From positions 19,766 through 83,765 of the forward strand of contig JBAZMK010000004.1 in NCBI GenBank assembly GCA_041649755.1: a stretch of 64,000 nt of DNA, in the 5' to 3' direction. How positions within the stretch are numbered: the stretch's first letter is position 1; each line of letters starts with the position of its first letter. Positions 7,076 to 16,892 of the stretch are shown in pieces. The DNA is from Candidatus Pacearchaeota archaeon (lineage in GTDB: Archaea > Nanobdellota > Nanobdellia > Pacearchaeales > GW2011-AR1). The position numbers and the translations under genes are program-made. The notes beneath the pieces were generated by a model, which saw only the letters and a list, made by a program, of their open reading frames with translations, did not search any database and was not told the origin of the DNA.

Positions 7076-8308
7076 TTGAGTTTTTTTTTGATTATGGGGG
7101 TTGAACTTGATGGTATTTTTAATTCTGCCGTGAATAATAGTCTTTTTAGTAATAAAAGTGTTTTACAAACACGTTATACTCCAACCTCAATACCTCATAG
7201 GGATAAGCAAATAAAGGCGATTGCAGGTATTCTTGCTTCATCACTAAGAGGAGAGAGACCAAGTAATTTATTTGTTTATGGTAAGACTGGAACTGGAAAG
7301 ACTCTTTCTGTAAAATATGTTCAGGAAGAATTGATGAAGAAGTCTGAAGAATTGGGTTCTGGTGTTCGTTTTGAGTATTTAAATTGTAAATTGAAAAAAG
7401 TTTCAGATACTGAATATAGGATTTTGGCTGCTTTGATTGAGAAATTGGGTGGGACCGTCCCTTCAACAGGTCTTCCAACAGATCAAGTTTGGTCTAAATT
7501 TATTGAATTAATAGATTATAAAGAACAATTAGTTATTTTTATTTTTGATGAGATTGACCAAGCAGTTAAGAAAATGAGTGATAGTTTTCTTTATTCTTTT
7601 ACCCGGTTGAATCAGGAACTTAGTAAGGCGCAGATTTCTATTATTGGAATAAGTAATGATGTGACTTTTTTAGAAAATATTGACCCGAGAGTGAGGTCTA
7701 GTCTTGGTGAAGAAGAGTTTGTTTTTCCACCTTATAATGCAATTCAACTTCAAGATATTTTAAATGAAAGGTGCAAAGCCGCTTTTAAAGAAGGGGTAGT
7801 TGTTGAGGGGGTTATTGCAAAATGTGCGGCTTACGCTGCGAGAGAACACGGGGACGCCAGAAGAGCTTTAGATTTGCTTAGGGTAGCAGGCGAGCTTTGT
7901 GAGAGAGATGGGAAGAAGTATATATCAGAGGCTTATATTGATTTAGCCAATCAAAAGATAGAAAAGGATAAAATTTTAGATATTGTTGAGAGTGAGCCGA
8001 AGCAGTTTCAGCTTGTTTTATATGCTATTATGCAACTTACAAAAGAGAATAAAGATAATAGGGTTGAGAAATTTTTTACAGGGGATGTTTATAATAGTTA
8101 TCATTCTTATTGTGAAAGAGTTAAAATTGAACCCCTGACACAAAGAAGAATTTCAGATATTTTAGCAGAGATAGATATGCTTGGTTTAATTAACGCAAAA
8201 GTTATTTCAAAAGGAAGACATGGTAGGACGAGGGAAATAAAGTTATCAATACCTACAAATTTATTTGATAAAATAGAGTCTATTTTAGCTGATTCACTCT
8301 GTCTTTAA
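7076..8308 (+). CDS. cdc6: Orc1/Cdc6 replication initiator
   Basis: Walker A GKTGTGKT, Walker B FIFDEID, sensor region and C-terminal winged helix (GRHGRTREIKL). The start may instead be ATG 7094 (MGVELDG...). Confidence 0.95.
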   Translation: MSFFLIMGVELDGIFNSAVNNSLFSNKSVLQTRYTPTSIPHRDKQIKAIAGILASSLRGERPSNLFVYGKTGTGKTLSVKYVQEELMKKSEELGSGVRFEYLNCKLKKVSDTEYRILAALIEKLGGTVPSTGLPTDQVWSKFIELIDYKEQLVIFIFDEIDQAVKKMSDSFLYSFTRLNQELSKAQISIIGISNDVTFLENIDPRVRSSLGEEEFVFPPYNAIQLQDILNERCKAAFKEGVVVEGVIAKCAAYAAREHGDARRALDLLRVAGELCERDGKKYISEAYIDLANQKIEKDKILDIVESEPKQFQLVLYAIMQLTKENKDNRVEKFFTGDVYNSYHSYCERVKIEPLTQRRISDILAEIDMLGLINAKVISKGRHGRTREIKLSIPTNLFDKIESILADSLCL

Positions 8309-8322
8309 TTAAGGAGTTAATT

Positions 8323-9948
8323 ATGAGAGAAATAATCAAAACTTGTATAGAGAATGGATTTTTCTTAGATAAAGAAGTTTTGAATTTGTTTTCTCATATA
8401 AAAGAAGATAAGGTTTATGAGTTTTTGAATATTTTATTTAGTTTAAAAATAAAAGAGAGAGTTATAAGTAAAAGATTAATAATTAATAATTTTGACAGGA
8501 TAAAGCCGGCGATTTCTTTAGAAGATTATCCAATTTATGAAATTTTTTTTGAAGGGATTGGGGCTAACAAAGAAGTTGTTGAAGAGAAAAAAGAGGGGGT
8601 TGTGAAGGTTTTGTCAGCACCCGCATTTACTCAGAGAAAAGTTTCAGTCAAAGATTTTATAGATAATTTTCGTTCAAGATATAATAAGATTAAAACGATT
8701 TTTGAGTCAAGGGATTTTGATAATCTTACTTCTATAAGAAAGATAGGGGATGACAGGGGGAGTTATACAATAATTGTTTATGTTTTAGGAAAAAGAATAA
8801 CTAAGAATAAGAATTTATTTATTGAAGTTGAGGATATGTCTGGGACTTCTATTGTTTTGATAAACCAAAATAAGAAAGAGCTTTTTGAAAAAGCAAGAGA
8901 TTTGCTTGAAGATGATTTGGTTGCTTTCAATGTTACGGGGACAAGTGAAATGTTGTTTGCAAATGATTTGTTTTTTCCAGATGCGTCTTTGACAGAGAAG
9001 AAATATTCTGATTTTGATGAATATGTGGCTTTCACAGGTGATTTTCATGCAGGTTCAAAACTTTTTTTAGAGAAAAATCTTTTGAAGTTTGTTAATTGGT
9101 TGAATGGAAATGAAGGAGATAAGAAGCAAAGAGAGATAGCGAAGAAAGTAAAATATTTATTTGTGACGGGAGATGTTATTGATGGAATAAGTCATTATTC
9201 GGGGCAGGAGAAGTTTCTTACGGCTTTAACATCTGTAGACCAATATAAAAAAGTTGAGGATGTTTTGGGGAAGATTAGGAAAGATATTCAGATTATAATG
9301 TGTCCAGGTCAGCACGATTCTGTTTGGATTGGGGAGCCACAGCCGATAATCGGGGAGAGGTGGGCGCCGGGGTTACATAAAATGAAAAATTTGTATTTAG
9401 TTCCCAATCCTTGTTTGGTTGAGATTGACGGGGGTTTTAAAATTTTAATGTATCATGGGGCGAGCATAAACCGGTTTGTTGATGAGATCCCAGATATTAG
9501 GACAAATTACGGGCATAGGTCTCCTACAAGGGTTGTGAGAGAGATGTTGAAAAGAAGGCATTTAGCGCCCCTTCATGGTTCAATGGATTACATTCCTTGT
9601 GAAAATGGGGACCCTTTAGTTATAGAGACAATACCTGATATAATTGCTACGGCAGATCAGCACAGAGCAGATGTTTCAATTTACAACAATATCTTGATGA
9701 TTTCGGGCTCTTGCTGGCAGGCGACGACACCTTTTGAAGAGAAAGTAGGTAATGTTCCAGACCCTTGCAAAGTTCCTTTGTTTAACTTAAAGACAAGAGA
9801 GATAAAGATTTTAGACTTTTCTGATAATTTAAAAGAAATAAAATGGGAAGAGGGGGATGGGCTGGCTTGTAAGATTAGTGATTGTCCTAAGGAAGAAGAA
9901 TGTTTAAAAGAAGTTAATTGTGAGGAGAAAAAAGATGGAAAAGTGTGA
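8323..9948 (+). CDS. polB: DNA polymerase II (PolD) small subunit DP1
   Basis: Calcineurin-like phosphoesterase motifs (FTGDFHAG, FVTGDVIDG, PGQHD, MYHGAS) with an N-terminal OB-fold region; directly follows cdc6 and overlaps the DP2 gene. Confidence 0.9.
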   Translation: MREIIKTCIENGFFLDKEVLNLFSHIKEDKVYEFLNILFSLKIKERVISKRLIINNFDRIKPAISLEDYPIYEIFFEGIGANKEVVEEKKEGVVKVLSAPAFTQRKVSVKDFIDNFRSRYNKIKTIFESRDFDNLTSIRKIGDDRGSYTIIVYVLGKRITKNKNLFIEVEDMSGTSIVLINQNKKELFEKARDLLEDDLVAFNVTGTSEMLFANDLFFPDASLTEKKYSDFDEYVAFTGDFHAGSKLFLEKNLLKFVNWLNGNEGDKKQREIAKKVKYLFVTGDVIDGISHYSGQEKFLTALTSVDQYKKVEDVLGKIRKDIQIIMCPGQHDSVWIGEPQPIIGERWAPGLHKMKNLYLVPNPCLVEIDGGFKILMYHGASINRFVDEIPDIRTNYGHRSPTRVVREMLKRRHLAPLHGSMDYIPCENGDPLVIETIPDIIATADQHRADVSIYNNILMISGSCWQATTPFEEKVGNVPDPCKVPLFNLKTREIKILDFSDNLKEIKWEEGDGLACKISDCPKEEECLKEVNCEEKKDGKV

Positions 9949-12900
9949 GTGGGATGTGGAAGGTTATTTTGGGGGTTTAAAGGAAGAGGTAGATAAAGAG
10001 TATGAATTGGCTGGCAGGGCAAGGAGCAAAGGGTTAGACCCTTCAGATAAGGTTGAAATTCCTTTGGCGATGACTATGGCGGAAAAGTCTGTCGGGCTTG
10101 TCACAACAATTTATCCTGATTTGCCTATAAAAGAAATAAGTGAGAGGATTCTTGAATTGGAAAAACAATATGGGCAGTTAGACACGACAGTTAGTTTTAC
10201 AATTGCAAGGGAGATTGCTGAAGGCAAATTTTATAAATTTAGTACTCAACTTGAGGCAATTGACTGCGGGATTCGTGTTGGTTTTGCTTATATAACTCTT
10301 GGGGTTGTTGCTTCTCCGATTGAGGGTTATACCGGGTTAAGTTTGGGTAAAACAATGGATGGGAAAGACTATTTTATCGCTAACTTTTCAGGACCAATTC
10401 GGTCTGCGGGGACCACTGCAACCTGTCTTGTTTTAATGTTGATTGATTATCTTAGGGAACATTTCGGTTACGCCAAGTACGACCCAGATGAGAGAGAGGT
10501 CAAAAGATATATCACTGAAAATTTAGACTATCACGAGAGGGTTACTAATTTGCAGTATCTCCCCACAGAAGAAGAGATGGAGTTTCTTGCGAAGAATTTG
10601 CCTATCCAGATTTCTGGCGACCCTACTGAAAGAAAAGAAGTTTCTAATTATAAGGATTTAGACAGAGTTCCGACAAATTATATCCGCGGGGGTATGTGTC
10701 TTACATTTAGTGAGGGTTTGGCGCAAAAGGCAGGAAAGGGAATTGGGAGACTTTCTTCTCCTAAAAAATATGGGTTGAAATGTACTGGTTGGGATTTTTT
10801 GACAGAGTATATGGAAATACATAAAAGGAGAGAGGGAGGCAGTAAAGATGTTGTCGCGACTTACATTAAAGATTTAGTTGCAGGCAGACCTGTTTATGGG
10901 CATCCCGGAGCATCCGGTGGTTTTCGGTTTAGGTATGGGCGGAGCCGTTCCTGCGGGTTTAGTGCAGTTTCAATACATCCTGCGACAATGGGGATTACTA
11001 ACGGGTTTCTTTCTCATGGGACTCAATTAAAGATAGAGAAACCAACTAAAGGTTGTATAATTACATCCTGCGACAAAATTGACGGACCTATTGTAAAGCT
11101 TAAGAATGGTTCGGTGAAGAAGATAAGTGATTTTGAAGAGTCAAAAAAGATTTACAAAGAAGTTTCGGAAATTATTTATTTGGGGGATATACTTTTTCCT
11201 TTAGGTGATGTTATTGATAGAAACTCAATGTTGCTTAAACAAGGCTATGTTGAGGAGTGGTGGAAATTAGAGTTAGAGGAAAAGTTAGGAAAGAAGTTGG
11301 GTTTTGATTTTTTTAATGTTTCTTTAGAAGAAGCTATTGAGTTTAGTGATACTTATTCTATTCCTCTTTATCCAAAATATATTTTTTACTGGAGCCAGAT
11401 AGATAAAGAAGGTTTTTTTTCTTTGATTGAGTGGTTGAAGAAAGGATTTTGGCGAGGGGGAAAAATTGTTTTGCCGTGGGAGAATTCTGTTAGAGAGAAG
11501 TATAGTGTGGCAAAAAGGACTTTGGAACTGATAGGGGCAGAGCATGAAGTTTTTTTGGATAATGTTGTTCTGAGTCGTGACGCTAAACCTCTTCTTTTAA
11601 ATTTAGGGATATCTTTAGATTTAGAAGAGGGGGATTCTTTGAGAAAACCTTTTGAAAAAATTTCCGAGGGTGGTTCTGAAAAGGTTTTAGAAATTGTTAA
11701 TAAATTCTCTAGATTTATTATAAAAGACAAGGCAGGGACTTTTATCGGGACAAGAATGGGGAGACCAGAGAAAGCGAAACTTAGAAAGTTGACTGGAAGT
11801 CCAAATATCCTTTTTCCAATTTCCGAGCAGGGGGGCAGGCTTAGGAGTGTTCAGGAGGCAGTTAATATAGGATATATTCTTTCTGACTGGCCTATTTTTG
11901 TTTGTGAGTGTGGAAATGAAACTATTTATCCAGTGTGTGAAAAATGTGGGTTGAGGACGAAGAGAAAGTATTATTGTAGGGTCTGTAAAAGGGTTGTTGA
12001 TGAGCCTTGTGAATCTCATAAAGAGAGTTGTTCAAAGTTTTTGCGCAGAAGAGTTGATTCAAAGTATTATTTTGGGATTGCAAAGAACCACCTTGGCTAT
12101 GAAAATCATGAAGTCCCCGCCTTGATAAAGGGTGTTAGGGGAACAAGTAGTGATGGTCATGATTTTGAAAATTTAGCAAAAGGATTTCTAAGAGCCAAAT
12201 ATAATTTGTGTGTCAACAAAGATGGAACTATTCGTTACGATGGAACTGAGATTCCTTTGACACATTTTAAGCCCTTAGAGATAAGGACTGGTGTTGAGAA
12301 ACTGAAAGAATTAGGTTATGTTAAAGATATTTATGGAGACCACTTGGAGAGGGAAGACCAAATTCTTGAGCTTAAACCCCATGATATCCTTATCCCTTCT
12401 TGTCCAGATACTTTAGATGAGAAAGGAGATGATGTATTCTTTAACATAGCTAATTTTGTTGATGAGGAACTTGAGAAGTTTTATGGGCTTCCTAGATATT
12501 ATAACCTTAAAAGTAAAGAAGATTTGGTTGGGCATCTTGTTGCGTGTATGGCCCCCCATAATTGTGCAGGGGTTATAGGAAGGATTATTGGATTTAGCAA
12601 GATGCAAGGTTTGGTAGCGAGCCCTTATATGCATGCGGCGATGAGGAGGGATTGTGACGGCGATGAGGCTGCAGTTATGATGTTAATGGATGTTTTGCTT
12701 AATTTTTCAAGAAAGTTTTTGCCAAGTCATCGTGGCGGGACGCAAGATGCTCCTTTGGTTTTGAATGCGAGAATAAGGGCTGGGGAGGTTGATGACCAAA
12801 TTTTAGCTTTTGAACTTTGTGATGAATATCCTTTAGGGATGTACAGAATGGCTGAAGAAGGGAAACATTCAAGTGAGTGTAAGATAGAAACTGTTAAAAG

Positions 12901-13402
12901 TAGACTTAAGACAGGGGAAAATCCTTTTACTTGTACCGGTTTCACACATGATACAGAAGATATTAATAAAGGGATTCTTAATGGGGCTTATAAGATTCTG
13001 CCTACAATGAAAGAAAAGGTTGGGGCACAGATGGAATTAGTGGGGAAAATAAGAGCCGTGGACACAGAAGATGTTGCGAGGCTCGTAATAGAGAGACATT
13101 TAATAAGAGATATTCGGGGGAACTTAAGGAAATTTGCCCAACAGCAATTTAGGTGTGTTAAGTGTAATGAAAAGTTTAGACGACCCCCATTGATAGGTGT
13201 TTGCACAAAGTGTGGGGGAAAAATAATTTTTACGATAAGTGAGGGTTCAATAAAGAAATATCTTGAGCCTGCAATGGATTTAGCGAATAATTACCATATT
13301 TCTCCTTATACTAAGGAAGGAATGGAGCTTACGAAGATGTATATAGAGAGTATTTTTGGCAAAGACGATGATAAACAAGTAGAGTTGAATAAGTGGTTTT
13401 GA
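9935..13402 (+). CDS. polC: DNA polymerase II (PolD) large subunit DP2
   Basis: About 1155 aa with the DP2 N-terminus (YF..L..E...EY..A..AR..G.DP) and several CxxC zinc clusters. ATG 9935 is preferred over the GTG 9920 of the ORF track because GAGGAG lies 8 nt upstream. No intein is apparent. Confidence 0.93.
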   Translation: MEKCEWDVEGYFGGLKEEVDKEYELAGRARSKGLDPSDKVEIPLAMTMAEKSVGLVTTIYPDLPIKEISERILELEKQYGQLDTTVSFTIAREIAEGKFYKFSTQLEAIDCGIRVGFAYITLGVVASPIEGYTGLSLGKTMDGKDYFIANFSGPIRSAGTTATCLVLMLIDYLREHFGYAKYDPDEREVKRYITENLDYHERVTNLQYLPTEEEMEFLAKNLPIQISGDPTERKEVSNYKDLDRVPTNYIRGGMCLTFSEGLAQKAGKGIGRLSSPKKYGLKCTGWDFLTEYMEIHKRREGGSKDVVATYIKDLVAGRPVYGHPGASGGFRFRYGRSRSCGFSAVSIHPATMGITNGFLSHGTQLKIEKPTKGCIITSCDKIDGPIVKLKNGSVKKISDFEESKKIYKEVSEIIYLGDILFPLGDVIDRNSMLLKQGYVEEWWKLELEEKLGKKLGFDFFNVSLEEAIEFSDTYSIPLYPKYIFYWSQIDKEGFFSLIEWLKKGFWRGGKIVLPWENSVREKYSVAKRTLELIGAEHEVFLDNVVLSRDAKPLLLNLGISLDLEEGDSLRKPFEKISEGGSEKVLEIVNKFSRFIIKDKAGTFIGTRMGRPEKAKLRKLTGSPNILFPISEQGGRLRSVQEAVNIGYILSDWPIFVCECGNETIYPVCEKCGLRTKRKYYCRVCKRVVDEPCESHKESCSKFLRRRVDSKYYFGIAKNHLGYENHEVPALIKGVRGTSSDGHDFENLAKGFLRAKYNLCVNKDGTIRYDGTEIPLTHFKPLEIRTGVEKLKELGYVKDIYGDHLEREDQILELKPHDILIPSCPDTLDEKGDDVFFNIANFVDEELEKFYGLPRYYNLKSKEDLVGHLVACMAPHNCAGVIGRIIGFSKMQGLVASPYMHAAMRRDCDGDEAAVMMLMDVLLNFSRKFLPSHRGGTQDAPLVLNARIRAGEVDDQILAFELCDEYPLGMYRMAEEGKHSSECKIETVKSRLKTGENPFTCTGFTHDTEDINKGILNGAYKILPTMKEKVGAQMELVGKIRAVDTEDVARLVIERHLIRDIRGNLRKFAQQQFRCVKCNEKFRRPPLIGVCTKCGGKIIFTISEGSIKKYLEPAMDLANNYHISPYTKEGMELTKMYIESIFGKDDDKQVELNKWF

Positions 13403-13431
13403 ATAACAATCTAATTTAAATAAAAAAGAAT

Positions 13432-13848
13432 ATGGGTTTTTTTATGGATGCAGGGGAATATTTGAAGAGAATTGTTCTTCATGAGGGGAAAACCACCCAT
13501 CTTATAGAGAATCGTGATTTGTCTCCTGTTAAAAAAAGGTGTTTTGGAAATTTGTTAGCAATTCTCTGTTGCAATTCTCTTTTTGAAGACCAGCCTCTCC
13601 GCGCAGATACGGAAGGGGGTTCTTTTTCAAAAGAGGGGATTAGCTATAGAATTGAGAGATTAAGAGAGAAAGGTTTTGATGAGTTGGGGATTTATCGTGC
13701 TTTGGTTTCTTCAAGAAACGAGTTTATTTCTAGAAGAGAGATAAAAGAGGGGTACGGGGAGATTCATCAGAGAAGACTTCATTGCGAGTTGTATAGTTTT
13801 GTTTTAAAAGATTTGGATAGAATAATCTATTATGTTGATTTACTTTAA
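13432..13848 (+). CDS. Hypothetical protein
   Basis: 138-aa ORF, no recognisable family; 3' end overlaps the convergent YbjQ-like gene by 9 nt. Confidence 0.35.
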   Translation: MGFFMDAGEYLKRIVLHEGKTTHLIENRDLSPVKKRCFGNLLAILCCNSLFEDQPLRADTEGGSFSKEGISYRIERLREKGFDELGIYRALVSSRNEFISRREIKEGYGEIHQRRLHCELYSFVLKDLDRIIYYVDLL

Positions 13849-14160
13849 CTTCACTGCTGTTCCGTAGACAAGCATTTCAGCCGCACCAGTCATAATCATC
13901 GCCGTAGAATATCTAATTCCTATAATTGCGTCAGCTTTTAGTTTTATAGCCTCATTTACCATTCTGTTGAATGCTTCCTCTCTTGCCTGAGTTGTCATTT
14001 CAGTATAGGATTTTATTTCTCCACCCACTATATTTTTTAATCCCGCGGCTATATCCCTCCCAATATGTCTTGCACGGATTGTGTTTCCTTTGACTACCCC
14101 CAAGATTTTTGCAATTTTCTTTCCAGGAATTTCTTCTGTTGTAGTTGTTATAATTTCCAT
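13840..14160 (-). CDS. YbjQ/UPF0145 family protein
   Basis: TTEEIPGKKI..LGVVKGN.IRARHIGRDI.AGLKNIVGGEI.SYTEM...AREEA..RM...A..LKADAIIG.RY is a near-consensus UPF0145 sequence. Confidence 0.8.
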   Translation of the reverse strand: MEIITTTTEEIPGKKIAKILGVVKGNTIRARHIGRDIAAGLKNIVGGEIKSYTEMTTQAREEAFNRMVNEAIKLKADAIIGIRYSTAMIMTGAAEMLVYGTAVKLK

Positions 14161-14166
14161 ATTCTT

Positions 14167-14349
14167 TTATTTTCTTTTAGTTTTTATATCCTTCCTTTGT
14201 TCTATTTTATCTTCTTCTCTATTAAATATGATTAGGGTAATCCCTAAGATTATTAGAATTATTGGAAAAGATATTGTTCTTGTTTTAAGATAAAATATAA
14301 TAGCAACTAAGATTGCAATAGAACCTAAAATTATCGCTTCTTTACCCAT
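14167..14349 (-). CDS. Small two-helix membrane protein
   Basis: 60-aa ORF, two hydrophobic helices and a basic tail; tightly spaced between flanking minus-strand genes. Confidence 0.4.
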   Translation of the reverse strand: MGKEAIILGSIAILVAIIFYLKTRTISFPIILIILGITLIIFNREEDKIEQRKDIKTKRK

Positions 14350-14381
14350 ATTTTGTTTAGTTTAAGGAAGTTAATAAATGT

Positions 14382-15575
14382 TTATATGGGGAGGTAATAA
14401 ATTATTGTGGGGATTAAGAGTGTGCCCATAAGAAATCCTTTTCTTACATTAAATTCTATACAGGTCAGGCCGATTAATGTAGAGATTGTGAAAACAAGAA
14501 GTCCTAAAGGTCCTGAAATAACCGCAACTATCAGAATCAATAAGATAAGAACGAATATAGATATTTTTGAGTAATTAATTTTATTTATGTGTTTTGCGAA
14601 TTTTTTTGAAAGAAAGTTTGTGTAAGGGATAAGAATTATGGTTGAGATTAAAATTGCCACGAAAATTAATATCATTTCTTCTGTTGTTATTTTTGTTATT
14701 TGCGAGATTGCAGAGGCGACTCCAGTTCTGCTTTTATTAATTAGAAAGAGTATATAGAAAGAGAGAGCTGTGACTAGAGTGTTTACTGAGCCCAACAGAA
14801 TGAGGAATTGCTCTCTTGAGGTTTTTCCTCCGATAGCTGAACCGATTATTGCACCCTGACTTGCACCGAGACCAGGGAGAATAGCACAAATTGGAGAGAC
14901 TAAAATTGTAATGATAGAGGGTTTTATGATATCTTTTTTTAACACAGGGATTTTTTCTACTTTTTGTTTAGGAATTTTGGTTTTTGTCCGAATAGAGTAA
15001 ATTATTGTTGATGAGCCAAATAGTCCGGTGAGAAGTGGGAGTAAGGGTTCTTTTAGTCCGATGTTAAGTGAGCCTATTCCGAGAATTCCTGAAAGGAAGA
15101 ATATAATTAGGGCTTTTGTTTTTGAGTTTTTTTCTGTATAAATCAGGAAGATAGACGCCCATATTAAAATCCACCCCATCATTTTGTTTAAGAAAGGATA
15201 TATTCTTGGAAGGAATAAGAAGAATAGGGGGATGATGATTATTAAAGAGGTTATAGCAATTGTTGAGCCGATTATAGTTAATCTTACCGCGTGATGTCCT
15301 AGCCCCTTTAAAAGAAGCTCGTGTCCAGGCATTACACCCAGCCCAGTGTCTTCGTCGGGGGCTCCAAGAAATATTGCTGGAATGAAATCTATGAAAGTGT
15401 GGGTGATAGCCATAGAGACTATGAATACGAGGATTGAAGGAATCTTCTCTGGAGCCGGGGTAATTATTGAAATTAGAATTAAAGAAACAAGATTTATGTG
15501 TATCCCAGGAATTATGCCTGTAAACGTGCCTATGAGGATTCCTAGTAAAAATGCAATCACAAGATAAACCCACAT
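14382..15575 (-). CDS. Polytopic membrane permease, TctA/DUF112-like
   Basis: 397 aa, about 10 TM segments, with repeated G.IPG / PGLG.SQ motifs of the TctA-type family. Family assignment is from memory of motifs only. Confidence 0.55.
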   Translation of the reverse strand: MWVYLVIAFLLGILIGTFTGIIPGIHINLVSLILISIITPAPEKIPSILVFIVSMAITHTFIDFIPAIFLGAPDEDTGLGVMPGHELLLKGLGHHAVRLTIIGSTIAITSLIIIIPLFFLFLPRIYPFLNKMMGWILIWASIFLIYTEKNSKTKALIIFFLSGILGIGSLNIGLKEPLLPLLTGLFGSSTIIYSIRTKTKIPKQKVEKIPVLKKDIIKPSIITILVSPICAILPGLGASQGAIIGSAIGGKTSREQFLILLGSVNTLVTALSFYILFLINKSRTGVASAISQITKITTEEMILIFVAILISTIILIPYTNFLSKKFAKHINKINYSKISIFVLILLILIVAVISGPLGLLVFTISTLIGLTCIEFNVRKGFLMGTLLIPTIIYYLPI

Positions 15576-15615
15576 AAATTTACTTATCTTGTTTAGTTAA
15601 ATATTTATTGAAGGA

Positions 15616-16017
15616 TTACCTATAGCTTGTTTGTCGCATTGCTCTGGCTTTTGAGTCTCCTGGTTTACGAGTTTCTTTTCTTCTTGTGTCTGCTACCAAA
15701 AGATTTCGGTCATAGGAAAGATAAGTCATCTTTAAATTTTCATTTTCTGTGTATTTGGTTATTGCTTTTGCTATTGCAAGTCTTGATGCTTCAATTTGTG
15801 AAGAAGTTCCGCCCCCTTTTACCCATACTGAAATGTCAAATTTTAAGTCTCCAAGAATTTCTTTTGCAAGGATGATTGGTTCATTTAATTCTAATTGCTG
15901 AAGTTTAGGCAGTGAAGAAATCTTTTTTTTGTTTATAGTTATTTTTCCATTTCCTTCCCCTATTGTAGCTTTGGCTATAGCCGTCTTTCTCTTTCCTGAA
16001 ATTACTATTTTTTTCAT
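15616..16017 (-). CDS. rps9: 30S ribosomal protein uS9
   Basis: GKRKTAIA...GGG.SSQ..A.RLAIAKA...D.R.KE.RKPG...AR...Q.SYR C-terminus. Confidence 0.95.
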   Translation of the reverse strand: MKKIVISGKRKTAIAKATIGEGNGKITINKKKISSLPKLQQLELNEPIILAKEILGDLKFDISVWVKGGGTSSQIEASRLAIAKAITKYTENENLKMTYLSYDRNLLVADTRRKETRKPGDSKARAMRQTSYR

Positions 16018-16427
16018 TTTAGTGCTCTGATAAATTCTTCAACAGTGAAGCTTTTTATCGGTTTTTTGAATTCTATTTTTATCGCTTTTTTTATTTCTTC
16101 TTCGGGCAAGTTTCCTAAGCTTATATAACATCTTAGGTTTTTGAAAGCATTTCTTCCTTTTGCCCTGTCCCAAGGAAGCATACCTCTAATCATTCTTTTT
16201 AATATTAGGTCTTCTCTTCTTATGTATTTTGGACCTTTCATGGAAGAACCTCTTCCCATCTTTAATTTTGCACGCATTTTTTTTACATATTCCTCTTTAT
16301 TTCCAGAGATCAGAACTTTTTCAGAATTAATTAATACTATGTTATTCCCTTTTAACAATTCCTTAGCGATTATGCTTGAGATTCTCCCGAAAATTGCAGA
16401 TTCTCCGTTGAAAATTTTTTTTACCAT
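16014..16427 (-). CDS. rpl13: 50S ribosomal protein uL13
   Basis: GRISS.IAK.LL.G..IV..N.E...ISG...MLP....GR.A...L..Y pattern; 4-nt overlap with rps9. Confidence 0.93.
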   Translation of the reverse strand: MVKKIFNGESAIFGRISSIIAKELLKGNNIVLINSEKVLISGNKEEYVKKMRAKLKMGRGSSMKGPKYIRREDLILKRMIRGMLPWDRAKGRNAFKNLRCYISLGNLPEEEIKKAIKIEFKKPIKSFTVEEFIRALK

Positions 16428-16786
16428 TATTTCAAAATATTATATCCTTTAAGTTCAGGATTTTTTTTAATTTCGTCTTTAATTGGTGTAAAATTGGATT
16501 TTGATTCTTTTAATTTTTCAAGTGCTTTTTTTGATATAGACCATGCAACGATTTTTTTGCTTTTGCTTAATTCTCCTGCACTTAGAACTTTCCCCACTAT
16601 GATTACGTTTCCATCAACCATATCAATATCCTTCAGATTTATTGCTGACCATCTTCTTTTTGGTTTGGCGAGTTCTTTTGCAACAATAGGGTTTGTTTTT
16701 TTTAATTTTATTATAGTCTCAACTAGTTCGGAGTCTGTTTTGTGCTTTGTTCTTTTTTCAATTTTAGTTTTGCTTATTTTTTCCAT
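16427..16786 (-). CDS. rpl18e: 50S ribosomal protein L18e
   Basis: MEKISKTKIEKRTKHKTDSELVETIIKLKK...; conserved rpoD-L18e-L13-S9 gene order. The ORF-track start at 16849 is rejected because it overlaps the tRNA. Confidence 0.85.
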   Translation of the reverse strand: MEKISKTKIEKRTKHKTDSELVETIIKLKKTNPIVAKELAKPKRRWSAINLKDIDMVDGNVIIVGKVLSAGELSKSKKIVAWSISKKALEKLKESKSNFTPIKDEIKKNPELKGYNILK

Positions 16787-16806
16787 TTTTAAATTTCTGA
16801 ATATGA

Positions 16807-16889
16807 TGAGGAGAGGAGGATTCGAACCCCCGCAGGCACAAGCCAACACGGCCTTAACGTGTCCCGTTTGACCGCTCCGGCATCTCCTC
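16807..16889 (-). tRNA. tRNA-Leu (class II, long variable arm); anticodon loop UUAAGGC reads AAG by canonical numbering
   Basis: Hand-folded: acceptor GAGGAGA/TCTCCTC, anticodon stem ACACG/CGTGT, variable stem GGC/GCC, T-arm GGGGG-TTCGAAT-CCTCC, discriminator A, no encoded CCA. Confidence 0.8.
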
Positions 16890-16892
16890 AGG

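Noticed and set aside
16787-16849. N-terminal extension (MLACACGGSNPPLLIIFRNLK) of the L18e ORF
   Set aside because: The extension is the reverse strand of the tRNA-Leu gene. The conserved L18e sequence begins at the internal Met (16786).
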